Below are positions 52,076 to 63,640 of a stretch of DNA of 64,000 nt, piece by piece; the first letter of the stretch is position 1; each line of letters opens with the position of its first letter. Location of the stretch: positions 930,001 through 994,000 of the forward strand of contig MU053758.1 in assembly GCA_013239625.1 (NCBI GenBank), given 5' to 3'. The notes under the pieces were generated by a model that worked only from the letters and a program-made list of their open reading frames with translations, did not search any database and was not told the DNA's origin. The DNA comes from Lama guanicoe. Lineage: Eukaryota. Both the position numbers and the translations under genes were made by a program.

Positions 52076-52094
52076 TGCCACTAGGTGGTGCGGA
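52076..52094 (+). promoter_or_regulatory. CTCF motif (predicted)
   Basis: TGCCACTAGGTGGTGCGGA, in a GC/CpG-rich patch. Confidence 0.6.
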
Positions 52095-52434
52095 CCGTAG
52101 GGGAAGCTGGCCTCCCGGGGAGAGGGGGAGGCAGTGAGAAGCTGTGGTGAGGACAGTGGGGGTGAGGAGGGGGGCGCGTTCATCTATTTAAGACTGAGTT
52201 TTAAAAGGTGATTCCCTGTTCCTTTTAGGATCAACTCAGTCGTCTCACTTCTTACGGCGTCTGAGGCTCTCTTCATGATACTTAGGGAGCCATTTGGGGA
52301 AACTGTCTCCAAAGGCAGTTGCTCTCTTCCTGCCACGACCAGTTCAGTCACCAGGGACTATCTTGGAGTTGGTTGTAACTAAATCTGCTCAACTGAGAGT
52401 ATAAATCCCCACTGCTCCCTTCATTTCTTCATAA

Positions 52435-54190
52435 CCTCATTTAACAAGGTTTTTGAGGGGCCCTATTCTGTGCCAGGCACCATGTTGAGTCCTGGGAACA
52501 CAAGCGCAGATAAAACCAACAAGGCCCCAGCTCTCACAGAACTTTCCACCTAGTGACTGGCACTGAGGCAGAGGCAGGCAGATACAAGGCAGTGTGATGA
52601 ATTCATTTCCGGGGAAGCACAGGGCACAGCACCGTGGACCACAGAGCTGGGCCCGCACACAGTCAGAGAGTGGTGAGGAGAGGCTTCTGGAGAGTCTAGA
52701 GAGACTCAGGAATTGAAATCTGCTTAGGAGTGAGCCCCACAAAAAGGGAGGAGGGACGTAGAGGCTAAACAGGCAGAGGAAAGGCTCCAAGGTGAGAGAG
52801 AGTAGTGGAGACAAGTACTGTCTTACTAAGGGTCACCAGATTTAGGGGACAAATGACAATGCTGGGCAGTAAGAGGGACTAGATCATGCAGAGCCTTGTC
52901 CATCTTTGTAAGAAGTTGACAATAGGCAGTAGGAACTCACATAAAGGCTTCAAACAGAGCAGTGAGATTATCAGTGTGCCTTTTAGATTTTCGCTGCAGA
53001 ATGCAGAATAGATTGGAGGGGAACAAGAATGGAGATACAGGAAGCAACTTGGAGGTTGTTTCTGTAGCCCTCACGAGATATGACAGTGATGTGACTCTAG
53101 GGTGTTGGCAATGGGAATGGAGAGAAGTCGGTGGCTTCCAGTAATATTCTGGAAAGAGAATTGACAGAACTCAAGGTCTGATTGGAAGAGGAGGGTGGAA
53201 TCAGGAATGACTCTTGGATTTCTGGCTTGAGTAACTGAGTGCATAGTGGTACCACTCACTGAGATGGAGAACACAGGAGGTAAAGATAGTTCGGGAATGG
53301 AGAGAGAGGCAAGATGATGGTTAAATTTAGGACATACTGAGTTTGAGCAGCTTGATGGACATGCACTTGGGTATTGGGATCCAACTCTGAGATCTGGGCT
53401 GCAGCGATGGTGTGAGTCCTTCCCACAGACATGGTGGCCAAACCACAGAGATGTATAAGATTGCTCAAAGAAAGCACATCAGGTCAGAAGAAGGCCAGGA
53501 CAGAACCCTGGAAAACCACATTAAAAGGAGGGATAGAGGAAGATGAGGAGAATGAAAAGAAGCAACCAGAGGGAGGAGGGAAACCAGGAGAGTATAATTA
53601 TAGAAACTAAGAGCAGAAAATGCCTCAGGAAGGGAACATAGTACCAGCACTGCTGGGGGATCAAGTAAGGTAAGGACTGAAAAGTACCCATAGAATCTGA
53701 GCAGTAAGGAGGTTGTAGGAGACCATGGAGAGGAAGCGTAAGTGGAGTGATGGAAGCAGAAGCCCAGTTCGAGTGGCTTGAAGAGTGACTAGAAAGCAAG
53801 AAGTTGGGGCAGTAAGTGAAATAAATTCTTTCCATAAATTGGACTGTGAATTGACAGTCAGCATAGACTAGTCAAAATGGGAAATCGACATGTGGTGGGG
53901 ACTATCTAATAATTGTTTTCAAAGATGAAGGAAACTTGAACACATTTCAGTGCTGATGGAAGGAGCCATTTACATTAGAGGCAGAGGTCAGACTTCTCAG
54001 ATCGTCGTCTCTAAGAAAGAAGGAAAGTGAAGGGTTACAGGTGCATGTTGTGAGGGACAGTCTTAGCCCAGGGGAGGGACACCTCCTCCAGTTTATTGGA
54101 AAGAAGGGTGGTAAGTTCCTGTTTTGGGGGCTGAAGTTTGACAGATCTGATGGCTGCTGTTTCCTCTTTGAAGGTGGAAAAGAGGTCAGC
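52435..54190 (-). mobile_element. Long L2 LINE fragment
   Basis: Antisense 3' end (tcatttaacaagg...attctgtgccaggcacc) followed by purine-rich L2 body (ggaatgactcttggatttctggcttgagtaactgagtg; ttaaatttaggacatactgagtttgag). Confidence 0.8.
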
Positions 54191-54654
54191 GGCTAAGAGG
54201 AAGGGGAGAGGAGGAGGGGAGATACATTATCAAAAAGAAACAGATAACCAGTTGACTCGTAATTTGATTGTGTCACCAACCTGGTGTTCTTCCTTTTTTC
54301 CCTAGAACTCAGCAGCCAGGTGTGCAAAAGGCAGACAGTTAGCTCCATGGGACCCAAATCCAGTTGAACTGGGATACATATATTTCCCATGTATTCCTAA
54401 ATGTCACTTCCTTCAAAGAAGGAAAACATGTTCTGGTGCTTTCAGGAATAATCCCATAATGCCAGTATCTGCTCTGCTTTTGAGAAGCTCTTCTGTATTC
54501 GGGGAGCTCTGGTCTCAGCCCTGTGACTGCCCTTCTTTTAAACCCTCTCATTTCCCTTTCCTGTTTGCTCCTCTCTGTGGCTCTTCTGTCCCGCCGTTAT
54601 TGACGTACCCCTTCCAGGGGAGGAACCTGATGTTCAGAGCACCTCCTACGTATC

Positions 54655-54850
54655 AGACGCTTTGAACTGTTTTCACGTCTGTGCATCACTTACATCCCCA
54701 CGACACAGGGGAGGGGTGATAGTATCCCTACTCTGGCAAAAGAGGAAGTTAAAGCTAGGAGACCCTCCGGTCACATGGCTACTAAATGACCAAGTGGGGA
54801 CTAGATCCCAGTCTGTCTGACTCCAGAGCCCATTACTCTATGCTGTAAAC
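54655..54850 (-). mobile_element. MIR SINE
   Basis: gaggaagttaaagctagga...ggtcacatggctactaaatgac...cccagtctgtctgactccagagccc. Confidence 0.7.
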
Positions 54851-55284
54851 TCCCAGGGAGTAAGCAGTGTTCTGATTCATCATTATCTGTCTCATGGGAA
54901 CTCAGACAGCACTTTGCACATAGAAGATGCTGGTAAATACTATTGATTTGAACTATGACCTGACTCCCTGAATATTTTCGGTGGTCTGGCACTTTAGGGT
55001 GTGCCCAACTTTCCCTGAAGAAGCTATTCCACTCTGCTTGATAACAGAAATGTCTTTTAGGTTCAGCAAGGGCCCCAAATGAGCTAAATTTACAGTGTAG
55101 ACAGAAAGATGGCAAAAGAAAAGCAGAGTTTGCTCTCCTCTTCTTTTTTTAACTTAGTAATCCCATTGGGGTGTTAACGATCAACAAAGAAACAGGATCT
55201 CCTACGCAACCATTAACAGATTAGCAAAGATTAACAGAAGCATGACTAAATTCCAGCTGAAACCATCATCTTCTCATTTTTCAG

Positions 55285-55386
55285 GAGTATAACATGTATG
55301 GCTGGTGGGTAGGAGAACTGAACAGCCTCGTTGGGATTGTTCCAAAGGACTATCTCACCACCGCCTTTGAAGTGGAAGAAAGATAA
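55285..55386 (+). CDS. SKAP1: SKAP1 last coding exon (~12), C-terminal half of SH3 and stop; exon continues to 55393
   Basis: tttcag|GAG TAT AAC...GAA AGA TAA ggcccag|gtatga; [33 protein letters not shown]. Confidence 0.96.
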   Translation, partial: EYNMYGWWVGELNSLVGIVPKDYLTTAFEVEER

Positions 55387-55567
55387 GGCCCAGGTATGAC
55401 AACTTTGCCAGCGAATTTGTTGGCCACGCCTTTGTTTCTCTGTGAAGCATGGGAGTTCCCAGTGAGATCGTTTTTCTTCATTTCCAAAAGCGATGCTAGT
55501 AATTCACAACTGAAAGAAGATAAGAAAAACAAACACCACTGTATTTGTTTGTCCTAAATTGGGGAAC

Positions 55568-56054
55568 TGTGTCAGTCAGGATTAGCTTCAACTGCATGTG
55601 ACAGAAAACTCAACAGCGATTTAATTAATATAGAAATTCATTTCTCTCTTCTGTGAAAATCTGGAGGTAAGTAATCCAAGGTATCCAGGTCCTAGGGACC
55701 TTCTCTTTTTGCCCCACTGTGTGTGGTCAACATTCCCAGGGTTACCTCAAGGCCCAAGATGGATGCTCCAGTTCCAGCTACCACGTCTGTATCCTACCCA
55801 GCAGGAAAGATAGAATGGAAGGAGAAGAGCACACCCTCTCCTTTTAAGGACACGTCACAGGTGTTGCACACACCACTTCTACCTACATCCCATTGGCCAG
55901 AAATTAGACATACAGACACACCAAGCTGCAGAGACAGCCTTCTTCTAGGTAGAACCTGTGGCCAGCTTAAAAGTGGAGGTCCAGGCAGGGGTGTTCATTA
56001 ACAAATTAAAAAGAGAGAATGGATATTGGAGGACAGCTCAGAATTTTTACCACA
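55568..56054 (-). mobile_element. MLT1 (K/L-like) ERVL-MaLR solo LTR
   Basis: TG...CA termini; tgtgtcagtcaggattagcttcaactgc, caagatggatgctccagttccagc, catcccattggccagaa, ggatattggaggacag...ccaca. Confidence 0.75.
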
Positions 56055-56217
56055 AGGATAGGTCGGGACTCTTTATCCAAAGCTCTCAAATCCAGGGCAC
56101 CCTTTCCCCCAGATGCCCATGTGTTGCAATGTGATTGACCAAGATCAGGAAACCAGTATGAGGATTCCTAGGGAACATAATCAAATTAAATTTTAGGTAA
56201 TAAAGAATATGGCTTGC

Positions 56218-56315
56218 AGGGAGGTGGGTACAGCTCAGTGGTAGGGTGCGTGCTTAGCATGCATAAGGTCCTGGGTTCAATTCCAAGGACCTCCATTAAA
56301 ATTTTTTTTTAAAAA
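56218..56315 (+). mobile_element. Young camelid-type tRNA-derived SINE (vic-1-like)
   Basis: Pol III A/B-box head (agctcagtggtag...ggttcaattcc), A-rich tail, perfect 16-bp TSD AAAGAATATGGCTTGC at 56202-56217 and 56316-56331. Confidence 0.88.
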
Positions 56316-56825
56316 AAAGAATATGGCTTGCGTTTTCTAAGCAAGAACCACATCATACTTTAAAACGGTGGAGTGTTTGCTTTGAGTGGGGTAACAACAG
56401 GACTAGAATTAGGCTAGTGATGGAGGGCACCCAAGGCTAGCACGATGTCACTAGCTCCACCTCCCCGCCTTAAAAGGAAGCAGCCTTTGTTGCTGGGGGT
56501 GAAGGATGACATGTGTGACAGTGATACAAACAGGCCTTAAAATCTTTCGGACCAGGGCCCACGCGAGTGTGCAGCAGCAGCTGAGTGGTTCATTTAGGAA
56601 TATACAGAAGGAGCGATCGTCCTCTCCGATGCCCGTGTACACGCATGAACCATCAGCTCAGGCCTTTCGCTCAAGTTCTGACTTTATGACTTCCCCAAAG
56701 AGGGCTCCATTTCCAGGCCACGAGGGCAGAGGAGTTGGAATTCTCTTGTCAAATCTAAATAAATTCACCCTCCTTCACTCAGTCTTTTATTTAATGACAG
56801 ACTGTTTATCTCCTCATTCTCTCTG

Positions 56826-57040
56826 ACCCAACAATTCCACATCCAGAGGTTTATCCTGCAGCTGCACTTGCACAATGATACACAAGCAAGGTTGTCTGTA
56901 ATAGCAAACCTAACTGTTTGGAAGTGACCTAACTGTTCAATAGAGACCTCATCAGGTAACTGGAGTAGTTCATAGAATTTAATACCATGCAACAGTAAAA
57001 AAAAGAAAGGAAGAAAGGAAGAAAGGAAGAAAGGAAGAAA

Positions 57041-57117
<77 letters not shown>

Positions 57118-57402
57118 GACACTGTCTGCACATATGGAATACATCCTCAGATATGTTGGTAAGGGGAGAAACAGAGAAGAAAGGAAGGCCTGATTTGCTC
57201 CATTAGTTTAAAAAGGGAGTCTTCAATTGCTTCCCTATGTATGAGTTACCACTGGAAGGTGAAAGACGACGACTGTCTCCTGGTTGTCTCCAAGGATGGA
57301 GAAACGGCACGACTGTGAGACAGGGTAGGAGGGAGACACCTTTTACTCTCTGCCCTTTTATGCTGTCTATATTTCAAATCATAAAAGCAAATGTATGTAT
57401 TT
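56826..57402 (+). mobile_element. Old L1 (L1ME-like) 3' region interrupted by a (GAAA)n repeat
   Basis: acccaacaattccacatccagaggtttatcc...taatagcaaac...aataccatgcaacagtaaaaaa and terminal gggagacaccttttactctctgcccttttatgctg...atgtatgtat. Confidence 0.6.
57005..57117. repeat. Compound (GAAAGGAA)n(GAAA)n repeat
   Basis: Pure purine tandem run. Confidence 0.97.
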
Positions 57403-57414
57403 TTCCTTCTTTAG

Positions 57415-57785
57415 GACATATATCCTTCATTCCACCCTGCCTTTATGAAGAAACTGTTCATCCAGAGCTCCCACTCCCTCCCCCGCCAGCCCACCGACAC
57501 CGCGGACTCTTCTCTGTAGGGAAGAGACTGAAGCCTCCGACACATGCAGGAACAGTAAACCACCAATAAGACAAGCGAGAAGAGGCACGTTCAGCAGACC
57601 TGTTACTAAACCTGCCTCCTCAGAGCTGAGCCCATCTCTAAACATGTCCACACATCTACTTCTGCCTTCTCCACAGGCTTGTCACAGAGAAGGTGAGAGA
57701 AGGAAACCTTTGGAGGAATAAGTTGCTGGTTGCTTTGCCTGGCTTGAAAAGCAGGAATAAACCTCAGATTTGGCTGCTTGCCATG
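57415..57785 (+). other. SKAP1: SKAP1 non-coding terminal exon (3' UTR); 3' end approximate
   Basis: Donor 7 nt after the stop (55393|gtatga); acceptor ttttccttctttag|GACATA at 57414/57415; AATAAA at 57756; resembles the human SKAP1 3' UTR as recalled. Confidence 0.82.
57756..57761 (+). terminator. Polyadenylation signal of SKAP1
   Basis: AATAAA followed 25-45 nt later by a GU-rich element (tgtgtgatggtgttgtgttt). Confidence 0.8.
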
Positions 57786-58001
57786 TGTGATGGTGTTGTG
57801 TTTCTTATTGTAATGGTATCAGAATGCTGGCTCTGGGCATTCTCATCACCCGCAAAGCGTCAGGTGGGTAGCCCGAGATAAAACAAAAGCCCAGACAAAC
57901 AGGAGGACGTGCAGTTGTCTTTAGGGGCTGAACCATCTCCACACCCCAGGCTTGCCCAGCCTCTGGTTGGCTTCTCAGACTTCCTTTCATTGCCTACTTG
58001 G

Positions 58002-58004
<3 letters not shown>

Positions 58005-58066
<62 letters not shown>
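58005..58066. repeat. (TG)31 microsatellite
   Basis: Perfect dinucleotide run. Confidence 0.97.
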
Positions 58067-58069
<3 letters not shown>

Positions 58070-58272
58070 ACTCTGTATGAAATGAGACAAGACTAGAAGC
58101 AAATCCTTGGAGTCAGCACATTGGAGAGTTCCTTTTGGGGCCTGAGTTAACAACCCCACTGTGTCCTGTAGGCCAAGAAGTGCTTTGAGAAGGGCTTGCG
58201 TCTATTCAGCCGGGTCTCCTTTTCCTGTTGCCCATACCTAACTCATGACCTATGGGTTATCTGTGCCTTGAA

Positions 58273-58600
58273 GAGGCAGCAAAATATAATAGTTAAGAAC
58301 GTAAACTCTGAGGGGAGAGGATATAACTTTAGTGGTAGAGCACATGCTTAGCATGCATGAGGCCCTAAGTTCAATCCCCAGTACCTCTGTTAAACAAACA
58401 ATAAATAAATAAACCTAATTACCTCCCCCCCACACAAAAAAAGAACATGAACTCTGGAACCAGATAGCCTAGGAATAAATCCCAGTTCCCCATTTACTAC
58501 ATATATTCTCTAGAGCAAGTTACTTGACCTTTTATGCCACAACTTCATCATTTTTAGAAGGGGTGTACTCCATCTCACTGGGTCATTAGGAGACTAATGC
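58273..58600 (+). mobile_element. MIR SINE split by a younger SINE
   Basis: gaggcagc...atagttaagaacgtaaactctg [SINE] gaaccagatagcctagg...aatcccagttcc...gcaagttacttgacc. Confidence 0.7.
58311..58440 (+). mobile_element. Camelid-type tRNA-derived SINE (vic-1-like)
   Basis: ggggagaggatataactttagtggtagagcacatgcttagcatgcatgaggccctaagttcaatccccagtacctc + aataaataaataaacctaattacctcccccc tail; 16-bp TSD with 2 mismatches at 58295-58310 and 58441-58456. Confidence 0.88.
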
Positions 58601-59021
58601 CTGACTCGCTACAAGAGAAGTTTTGAGAGATGGACAACTTAGCAGCTATAGAAATTTTATCTCCAAAGTTGCCTATTTGGAGAAGTCCTGGATTGGTGGG
58701 AGCCTGCCTCACTTCTGTAACAACTATATTATAGCCCTGCAGTAAGATATCATTTCACATCACCAAAGAAAGAAACTGGGAGCAAAAAAGGATGTTGTCA
58801 GTGGATTCCAAGTTTCTCAAAATATCCTACGCTAGCTATCCATTTCCAGTTTTTTCTGACCCAGGAGTAAAACAAAAGGAAGTGTTTTGTATATGTGATG
58901 GAGAAAGAAGTAAGAAAAGGGGACAATTTAAGTCTGGGAGGGAAAGAAAAGTGAGATAAAAGGCAGTACAGAACTGTCCATAATGTCCCCTCCACTTTAC
59001 ACAGGGTGCCAAAGGAAAAGT

Positions 59022-59040
59022 GACCACTAGGTGGCAGCAG
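59022..59040 (+). promoter_or_regulatory. CTCF motif (predicted), full core consensus
   Basis: GACCACTAGGTGGCAGCAG matches CCASYAGRKGGCRS exactly. Confidence 0.7.
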
Positions 59041-60963
59041 ATGAGCAGATGAGCCAAAGGGAACCAATTGCCTTCCGTTTTAGGAAGCTTTGCACCAATC
59101 CCAACCTACTGGTAAAGACAATGGGCATTGTTCTAAAGTGATTAACAGAGGGAGCAAACAGAAGCACCTCCGTGCCCCAGATTGCCCCCTCCCTGGAGAA
59201 CCCTCAGGGACCCAAGTCTGGAAGTCTTGGTGGCTAAGAGGAGAGAACAAACACCTTTGTGCCACTTTTCTATGACAGAGACACCAGAAAAGGGGAAACC
59301 GGAAGAGGAAGAGCAGGTTATCTGGGGCGGGGGAGGTGGGGGAGCGGAGCAAGGTCAAGGTACTTCTCCACTCTCTACCCAGTGCAACACTCTCTCAGTG
59401 GCATGGCCACTGGCTTCCAGTATTTAAAACAAAACCCCCTTAGTGCAGTAGTTCCTTCTCTATCCGTGGACCTAAGGAAACAGCCATTTGCCAAACTGCA
59501 AAGGTCTTTTGGCATCTCCATCCATTGCACCAAACTCAGACTTAGGGCCCTTCTAGCTGTAAACCTTAGAGAAAAAATAAAGTGGATTGGCCCTGAAAGA
59601 TACAAACAAATGGACTAATTGGGAATCTAGTCCATAGCCATCTGGCTATCTCAGACATTGTTACATACATGCTGGAAAAGACACAGCCAGTTCAAAGGGT
59701 TAATGAGACTATCTACAGACAAAGGGTGTTCTTTGTCAGGGGAAAGTTCTGAAGGAGACCTTTTAGAAGCAGCAGATTCCTACAGTCTGCCTGAAGCTAA
59801 CCGTCACCTAGCAGAACCACTCCCCTACTCAATTCCACAGCCACCATCTCAGCCAACAGCCTCAGAAAGCAACTGGCTAATGAGATTACTGCTTCTCTGT
59901 TTGACTCCACTAACCAAATCCCCACCTTACTGCCTGTGACTAACTGGATAACTGGGGCATTAGACCACTTAACTAACCACATTATACATACGATGGCTTC
60001 TTAACAGCCACTAATTGCTCTGGCACGTGAAACAGAAGAGGGTAAGAGTGGAAGGCTTTTTCCATTCTTTGATTTTATGTAAAGGAGAGAAAATAAGAAA
60101 GCAAGAAAGCAAAGATCCTATATTTAAGAAGCAAAGGTGTAGCTGCCTTTTACAGATAAATAATAATTTACACAGGGCTTACTGGCATCCATTGGATAAT
60201 CTGACCTGAGGCTGATATAGTTTGGCCTGCATCGTCCAGGCTGATATCGGAGAATACCAAATGCTCTGAAAGCAGTCTTCAGCTACGTTTCATTAAAAAT
60301 ACATTTCCAGTGTGTTTCTTCTGTCATCCATATAGTAAAATAGCACATTGTTTTGCAACTATCTCAGTATTAAATTTTCCCATACGATGGTCTGTTATCT
60401 CTCTTAGAAATCTGTACTTAATTCAAATCCAAATACATCTTTCCCTCTGGTGAATAAAAATGGGAAAGAGAAGAGAATTCCCATTGTTGCATTCCCTAAA
60501 CCCAGACAGTTTGATTCCATTTAAAGTGAGAGCAGTGCCAAAGGGTGGTGCCAACTAGATGTCCTCCCTCTTGTTAGAAACAGATACTTTACCTAAATGT
60601 AATATGTAAGGAACAGCCTAAATTTCAAGTTATCATTAATTTTTTTTGGCACTTTAGCTTGATTGCATCACCTTATTTGTAATCAGTTAGTCTTTGCAAG
60701 TGGCAAAACTGAGGATCTGAAAGGTGGTGACTTGAAGAAAAATTACACAAAATCTGCTGTCAAAGAGGAAATGAAACGAGGGACTCTTGAAAATCTCAGT
60801 CTGCTGCTCTGCTTATTGAATCCCTTGCGTTCTATTGTGGTGAGACACCTCCAGTGACACATTTCCAAAATCCACATTTCACACCAGCCGCTTACATCAC
60901 AATAAAGCAGCGGTGTCAATGCAAAGAGCGAGAGAAGACGCGGGGGCGGGGGGAGGGGGGGAG

Positions 60964-61006
60964 NNNNNNNNNNNNNNNNNNNNNNNNNNNNNNNNNNNNN
61001 NNNNNN
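60964..61006. other. Assembly gap (43 N)
   Basis: Run of N directly after a G-rich tract. Confidence 0.99.
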
Positions 61007-62634
61007 ACAGCCGTCTTTAAAAACCAGTCTAAGAAAGGAGTTAAAGAGAAGCAAGAAAGAAAAAAGACAGAAACCACTGTTCTTCTTTCTCTTTTTTTAA
61101 ATTTTTATTTCTTTTTTGAACTTTTTTCTCTCATTTTAAGAATAAAACTCTTAGATGCCAGGGACAGAGGTGCTTTAATCTTTGCCCAAAAGGAAGCTTT
61201 CCCTGAGGGTCTCCCCACCAGGAGCAAGTCTGGAAGGATAAATCTTGAGTGGCACTGATTTGCTAATCCCCAGAGCCATCAGCAAAAATCCGTGGCGCTG
61301 ACTTTAGAGAAAGCAGCTGTCTACACAGAGGATGATCCCTGCTACACAGCCCAGTGACTCAAACTAATTTTCTAGTTTGTGGATTACCATAGTCCTTTGC
61401 CTGCCCCTCCCTCCTGCCCAGCTATTTCATTCCCCGTTAGAATTTACAGAGATTGGGTAGGGAGTTTGAAACTTACAACTAAAACAGATTTTTCTTCTTC
61501 AAGGGATTTGAATTATTCTCCCTATTTTCTTATCCAAAACTAACTGTTCAGAAAACGTGCTTTTGTTTTTTGAGGGTTTGTTTTTTTTTTTCAGTTAGAA
61601 TGAATTGATGACCACCCTTTTGCAGTGCTTTTGAGATTCAAATAATGATATATTTTAAGATGCAGCCCATTTTGTACCAAAACCTTTTATAAATATAATG
61701 CCTCCCGCCCCAAAAAAAACAAAAAACCCTATAGTGTTAGAGGAAACTAAAGTACAGTTAATAGAGCAACTATATAATTTTCCAAACAGAGACATTTTTG
61801 AGACTGAAAGGGGACGTTATTAATAAGGATGCCATGACCTCAGGTATAAACTGAGATGAGTGGTCACTTAGAAACTATGGCAGAATGGGTTGCCAAGTCA
61901 GCAGAGGAGGGCACGGTAGACAGAGATGACCTGGCTCTCCTAGTACAACGCTTGGCAACCTCCCTTCTAATGAAGTCCTCTCCCCAGCAGACCCAGCTCC
62001 TAGGCAAACTCTGCCAACTAGGCTTTCTTTCCCTGATTCCCAGGCTGTTCTGAGAGGCCTGGTATCTCTGGTGTAGAGCTGCCTGTGGGGCTGACCGGCT
62101 GTCAGCAGCTGTGTGTGTTCATTTCCCTCATGGGACCCATCACAGCCCACCACCTCGCCACTTGGCAGTGTGCCACGGAGGGAAGCATTTTTGTGGCTCT
62201 GGGCAACAGTATCCCAAGTCCTTGCCTCCAGGGATGGGAGTGAGTTCCAAGAGGCTTCTCTTCTAGTGCTTGTCCTCAAAGAGGGCATCTGGTTCCACTG
62301 TAGACACTCTTAACCTGATGGTGAGCAGCTGGCCACCTTTTATCCCCAACACGTGATCATGGAACAGAAAACAGGCTACAGACTCCTCCCTTTTGCCCAC
62401 AGTCAGGCACTGGCATTGCTCTGCCCTGAATCACCAGGGTGGCACATGCACCCCCGCCTACATTTACTGGATGCCTCCGGTGGGTGGGCGCTCTGCTGGG
62501 CCTGTCATTAATATCTACCTCCTTCTGGAAAACACCTAGCATCTGGAGAATTGAGAGCATTTCTTCCACATCTCCAAGGCAGTGCAGTGGAGGTTTGTGG
62601 GAGAGAACTTGGAGCTTACTTCACTCCATTAATA

Positions 62635-62851
62635 CAGGGCTTCTCAACCTGGCACTACTGACATTTGGGCCAGATAATTTTACATTCCTGGGGGCACCGC
62701 TGGATGTTCAGCAGCACCCCTGGTCTCTATCCAGTAGATGCCAGTACTACTGGCCCCTCCAGTCCCCCCTCCCATTCTGACAACTAAAAATGTTTCTAGA
62801 CATTGTCCAAGGTCCCCTGGGAACAAAACCGCCCCTGGTTGAGAACCACTA
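62635..62851. mobile_element. MER20 hAT-Charlie DNA transposon, near full length
   Basis: TIRs cagggcttctcaacc / ggttgagaaccact; internal cactactgacatttgggccagataat, ccagtagatgccagta, gacaactaaaaatgtttctagacattg. Confidence 0.85.
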
Positions 62852-63149
62852 CTTCAGGGCATTTGGGTGTGCGGAGGGCCAAGCACAGAGAAGCTGCCCT
62901 GCCTTCTAGAAGTTTTAACTTTAGTCACTGGACTGTGTGATGGGTTATGGCTAGGTTGGGAAGACACAGAGTTTAAATGCCATGAATTCCTCAGGGTTTA
63001 AGAACCAGCAAGCCAGCCCTCATGCTCCACAGGAGACTTTGAGACTTACTGGCCTGCACGGCTGCAGGTTTGCACTGTAAGAATGGTGCTTGAATGGAGA
63101 AGCCGGTACTTGATGATTTAGAGCTCCGTCACAGCCAGTCCCTGCTGTT

Positions 63150-63640
63150 TGGAGCGCGGAAGTTACCATCCTTGTTTCCCTGTTTCTGTGGCAGAAGTCT
63201 AAAAGGAAGTCTTGACCAGGACGGAGGTGGACACTGTGTACTACTTCAGAGCAAGAAACAGGTTCACAGAAAGGGCACGGCAGGTCGCTGCAGCCGAGGG
63301 CCCGCGCCGGGTCCCTGCGCTTCGCGCTGGGGATGGTGCAGCGCCGACGGCAGATCCCGGGCAGAAGCGGGGAGTCAGGACAGACTGTCATCTCGCGGCT
63401 GTGATTCTCCTGGTCCTTCGTGTTAGCTTAGGGGAAAGTTTTCTCATACAAAAAGACTCCTAGGAGCTCTGTCAAGAATCGAAAAAATAAAGCAAAACCA
63501 CCAAAACCCAAGAGAGGATGAGGGGTCCGGTGTCTTTGTCGTCCTTGCCTGCAGAGGCCGGTCAGGAGGGCCACCGCTGGCCCCGATGCCAGCCAGAGCG
63601 CTGTCGGTGCCGCCTCCCCTGGGCCCTGAGTCTGAGGCAC
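63150..63640. promoter_or_regulatory. Small GC/CpG-rich patch downstream of SKAP1
   Basis: Dense CpGs, e.g. gccgagggcccgcgccgggtccctgcgcttcgcgctgg...gcgccgacgg. Confidence 0.45.

Larger units (their letters stand above)
13052..57785 (+). other. SKAP1: SKAP1 gene, 3' portion (exons ~5-13 by human numbering); 5' exons lie upstream of the window
   Basis: Spliced translation: (G)[126 protein letters not shown]11[129 protein letters not shown]. It matches the SKAP1 PH-linker-SH3 sequence; all junctions are GT-AG with compatible phases. Confidence 0.97.

Noticed and set aside
55282..55287. CAGGAG tandem acceptor at the last coding exon
   Set aside because: Distal GAG acceptors are rarely used; the proximal CAG explains the protein.
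56218..56295. tRNA gene (also 58311-58390 and 37338-37410)
   Set aside because: The A/B boxes belong to tRNA-derived SINE heads; they have TSDs or SINE bodies and I could not fold a full cloverleaf.
60743..61258. ORFs spanning X residues
   Set aside because: They stay open only because they cross the N gap.
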